Part shown: positions 60,658 through 64,000 of the stretch, in pieces
How positions within the stretch are numbered: position 1 is the stretch's first letter
Layout of the letters: every line of letters starts with the position of its first letter
Assembly: GCA_905178155.1 (NCBI GenBank)
Contig: CAJINV010000024.1
Span: 75,494-139,493 of the forward strand
DNA length: 64,000 bases
Source of the DNA: Amoebophrya sp. A120
Taxonomy: Eukaryota; Protista; Dinoflagellata
Direction of reading: 5' to 3'
The notes under the pieces: model-generated
Databases searched by the model: none
What the model was told of the DNA's origin: nothing
Seen by the model: only the letters and a program-made list of their open reading frames with translations
Translations under genes and position numbers: made by a program

Positions 60658-61109
60658 CCACGGGCCTCCCGCGCTCCTCGGGGCTCGGACCTTCCGGCAT
60701 CGTCATCTCGTGGTACACGGCCCGCGGCCACTCCTGAATGTCACCGTTCAAGCATTTGTCGCAGAAGTCGTCGTCGTACGCACAGCTTTGCACCTCCTCA
60801 AACATTTCGTTCTCGGCGACCAGGCCCATTTCTTCCACTGGGTCAGCATGTGCATCATCTACCACGTGCATGACTGCCTCCCCATTGTCACCACCAGACT
60901 TCGCACCATCCTTGTTCATCGTAGTGCTGCCACTAGGGTAACCACTGCCACCTCCACCCAGTACTAACGCCCGGATTTGCTTGATCGCAGAGCAGTAGTC
61001 GTACAGCTTCCTATCTGCCACTTCGTTGTTCACCATGGCCAGCCGTTGCATCTCCCGCATGAGAAGCTCCCGTTGCTCCACCCGGCGGCAGCGGCCGTTC
61101 AGGAGCAGT

Positions 61110-61434
61110 TATCAAAAGGAAAAATCCTCCCTCCCAATACCGACATGGAAATCTTTGATGCGGGATTTGTGTACACGAATCGGCTTTGTCTTGCAGTAGA
61201 CAAGTGCAGGCTGATATCAAGCCAGAGCGGGGGCGTTTTGGTGTAGGCGCCTAGCAAGGCAGGCATATCCTCCGTAGGCCATGTAGCATCACAAATTGCC
61301 TGCAGGACGACGCGCCAAGGTTTGTGGATTTGCCTTCTTGCAATACAGCGACGATTTGTGGTCTCAAATCAGCATCACAAATTTTCAGAAGTATCCCGGT
61401 CTGGTATGGGGAGGGAGGATTTTTCCTCACAATA
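61110..61434. mobile_element. Introner, family D (B-only)
   Basis: TSD gcagt; empty in A near 15214. Confidence 0.92.
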
Positions 61435-61730
61435 GCAGTAGCATCAGCTTCACGCAAATCTCGTGCCGGTCAAAGATGGCCGCGCCGCATCTGGAAGGGA
61501 GGAATGTATCTATGAATGTCCTCGAGAAATGAATTTTGAAGTTGTTATGCCGGTACCTTTTTGCGGTCTTGCATGACAAAGCGCGCTCGTCATGAAAGTT
61601 GTGCATGACAAAACGAAATTGATATATTGTAAAGCAAAATATAGTAGTAAGTACTTGGGTTCCCGGGGGATGCACTTGAACATGTTCGGAAAAATGTCGT
61701 CTCTCAACTCCTTAAACAGCTGCCGGATCG

Positions 61731-62022
61731 TATCCTGAGCAAAAAAAAAAGTCCCCACCCCAGAGTCAAGTGGGTAAATCTGCAACACAAATCTCCAAGT
61801 TTTGGGACTTAATTATGCATGACAAGTTTCCATCCGTACAGTAGTCCTGTTTAGCAAGGACAGCAGCATCACAAAGACAGTTCTGCTCATCCTGTTTACA
61901 GCATCACAAATACCAGAACACGACTACAAATTCCTCTCTCGCGGATCATGTGCATTACAGATTTTTCTGTAGATGCAAATGTGCATGACAACTATGGGGT
62001 GGGGACGTTTTTCTATAGGATA
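61731..62022. mobile_element. Introner, family E (shared with A 15516)
   Basis: TSD gatcg. Confidence 0.92.
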
Positions 62023-63447
62023 GATCGTTTTCCGCAGGGGGCAAAAGAGTTGGAAGTCCTGTGTGAATTCGGCCCCGATGTACTCTCCGGTCGCGAGCAG
62101 CTGCAAGTTGGTGTGCGTGTGCATGTTATCGAGGTTTTCGTCTTTTAAAGCGATGCTCGGCAGTTTCGGCGGCTCGCAGTACGGCGAATCGCGTTTTCCG
62201 CATTGCCGGTAGTACGCCGGGAGAATGTAGTGACCGGTAGTTGTTGGTGTACTACCGGTCGAGAGGGGTGCGCCGGACATGGTGATCACGGGGTTTCGGT
62301 TTAATATTTGCTTTCGTTTCACGCTCTTTGAAATTTCTAAGAACTACGGTGAGCCTACTTACAAAAGCCCCTTTAATAGACGCTTAGTAGGGAGTTGTAA
62401 CGAGTACTACGTAAGTACTATTTATCACAAAAGCAAAGTACTGGGTCAAGTAAAACTAACAGGTCGCTGAACAAGTTTGAATGTAAACATACTATAGCAC
62501 GACCAGTTTCGATGTTTTGTTGCTGCAGATCGACGAAAGAACTTTATCAGCAGTATCTCGGACCGCCACGACCAGCCAGTAGCAGTAACTAATTTAATAT
62601 TAATTTATGCAGAGGTAAAATCAAAAAGCCTATGTCGATCTTCGTTTCGTGTTTTATCAACTTCAAAAACGAGCGCCAAGTACTTGGAATTGCAGGAACC
62701 AGCGCCGGTTCTGGTACTGCGACCTCGTTCTCTGCAACTTACTCGCTCATATTGATTTTTCTTGACCAAGCTTCTAAAATTTGCGGGGCTCGAGAACCAA
62801 CTGTACTGTTTTTTTACAAGCGATAAATGAAAACCCGTTGTTCAACGTGCGAGAAACGAAAATCCAAAATCCTGGACAACAGAAACTGGGACTACGAAGA
62901 AGAACGGATGCATGGTACACCATATAATACGTCTGAAATAGTCACTGAAAAAGTGAGGTCGACGTGGCCCTTCTTCACAAAGAAACGACATCGTGCCGGA
63001 ACCGGCACTCCGTGTGGTCTGCTGTGGCGAAAGACCTTATACTCGCGCATCCGATACGAAATGCTTTCCACATTTCTAGTTCAGTTCTTTTCTCTTTCAG
63101 CAAATTTCAATGCCAAACTCATCTTACAAATTCTGAATCGTACATTCTTGTTGTAGCGGATCTGGAATTAGGACTTATTTCGCTATACTCATTTTTGGTA
63201 CTCATCTTTCAAAAAGTGGCGCACAAAGCGTCAGAAACCTAAAGATTCTCTGTGTCTTAGTCCTCGACAATGCCCTGCGTGGTCGCTCCGTCGGGCTCCG
63301 AGAGACGTTGCTTTTGTAGTGCATCCTCTACTTTTTGCAGCAGCTCAACCTGCTGTGGCTCCCCGCGTCGCCCTAACCGGATCGGCGTGCAATATAGGTA
63401 ACGGGACAGACAGACGCGAAACAATGGATTATCGTAGCCGGAAAGCC

Positions 63448-63891
63448 TTAGCACAGGTCGTCCGCAATCTTGGAAGGCTTGGCCACAAGAAAATCCGCTG
63501 GCCGCGCAGCGAGCATGGCCGGCAGCTTTGGCGGTTTGTTCATCCTCTCGAGAAATTTGTGCGTCGCCAAAGCGCCGAGGCGTTTTGCGTGGCAGCTTCG
63601 CCAATCCCACTGAAACTGATTATACGACCAATGTAGCTTCGTTCCATCAGAGCCCGCGCGCCATTTTCTCTTGAACTGACGAAAAACCCGCCGGAAATAC
63701 GGATACCAGCCCTCATCGATTGGGTCCTCCAGCATGAACCGATTACGGCTTCCCCCAAAGTAGTCCCATGGGTTTAGACAATAACCTGTGTCAATGTCGT
63801 GTTGTAGATATTTTATTTTCATCTTCTTGGCCACTTCTTCTATATTATAATATGAGACCCTGACGCTCTGAGACCTAAACCAACGAATCAC
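63448..63891 (-). CDS. Family X member 4, last exon (gene continues beyond the window)
   Basis: GYCLNP..PIDEGWYPYFRRVFRQFKRKWRAGSDG..WSYNQFQWDWRS. Confidence 0.7.
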   Translation of the reverse strand: MIRWFRSQSVRVSYYNIEEVAKKMKIKYLQHDIDTGYCLNPWDYFGGSRNRFMLEDPIDEGWYPYFRRVFRQFKRKWRAGSDGTKLHWSYNQFQWDWRSCHAKRLGALATHKFLERMNKPPKLPAMLAARPADFLVAKPSKIADDLC

Positions 63892-64000
63892 GACGGCAGC
63901 GCGGTTTTCTTGTGTTTAGAATGAGGGGAAAAAAATACGCATAGCGTCGTGATTTCGCTTTGTGGATTTTTTTGGGGGATCCGCCCGCTCCCCGGGGATC

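Larger units (their letters stand above)
47383..62280 (-). pseudogene. Paralog (copy B) of the Med31-domain gene; Med31 domain deleted with a frameshift; 17 introners
   Basis: Exons collinear and highly similar to copy A. The junction at ~58100 removes the equivalent of A ~9108-11320, and the conserved frame ends SLEANSFAGDFARG* at 58076. Confidence 0.65.

Overview
Eukaryotic genomic DNA with every supportable gene on the minus strand. It most resembles the parasitic dinoflagellate Amoebophrya; this is an inference from the intron type, since TAT-N7-AAA inverted-repeat introns are, from my recollection, described for strain A120. I delimited 45 MITE-like introner elements (IEs) of about 7 terminal-inverted-repeat (TIR) families. 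All have TA..TA-type ends and a 5-bp target-site duplication (TSD), and most have no GT-AG at their borders. A ~15-kb gene is present twice (A: 1141-16061; B: 47383-62280). Removing each IE plus one TSD copy from A gives one continuous ~1264-aa ORF with an internal Med31/SOH1 domain. The two copies share only 5 IEs, differ at 26 sites with exact empty alleles, and carry different IE families at one identical site. TSD decay and a conserved kinase motif point to a '4+1' splice register. All IE families carry the same internal GCAWNACAA motif arrays. Several IEs host nested elements: a probable RLE-type non-LTR retrotransposon, a Helentron-like element, an A-tract-phased repeat, an insert with a 15-bp TSD, and a MITE. 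The middle of the window has an IE-free block of hypothetical genes, an uncharacterised Trp/Cys-motif gene family (4 members), and an Mps1/TTK-like kinase fused through a transmembrane (TM) segment to that family domain. No transposase, rRNA, tRNA or CRISPR array was found.
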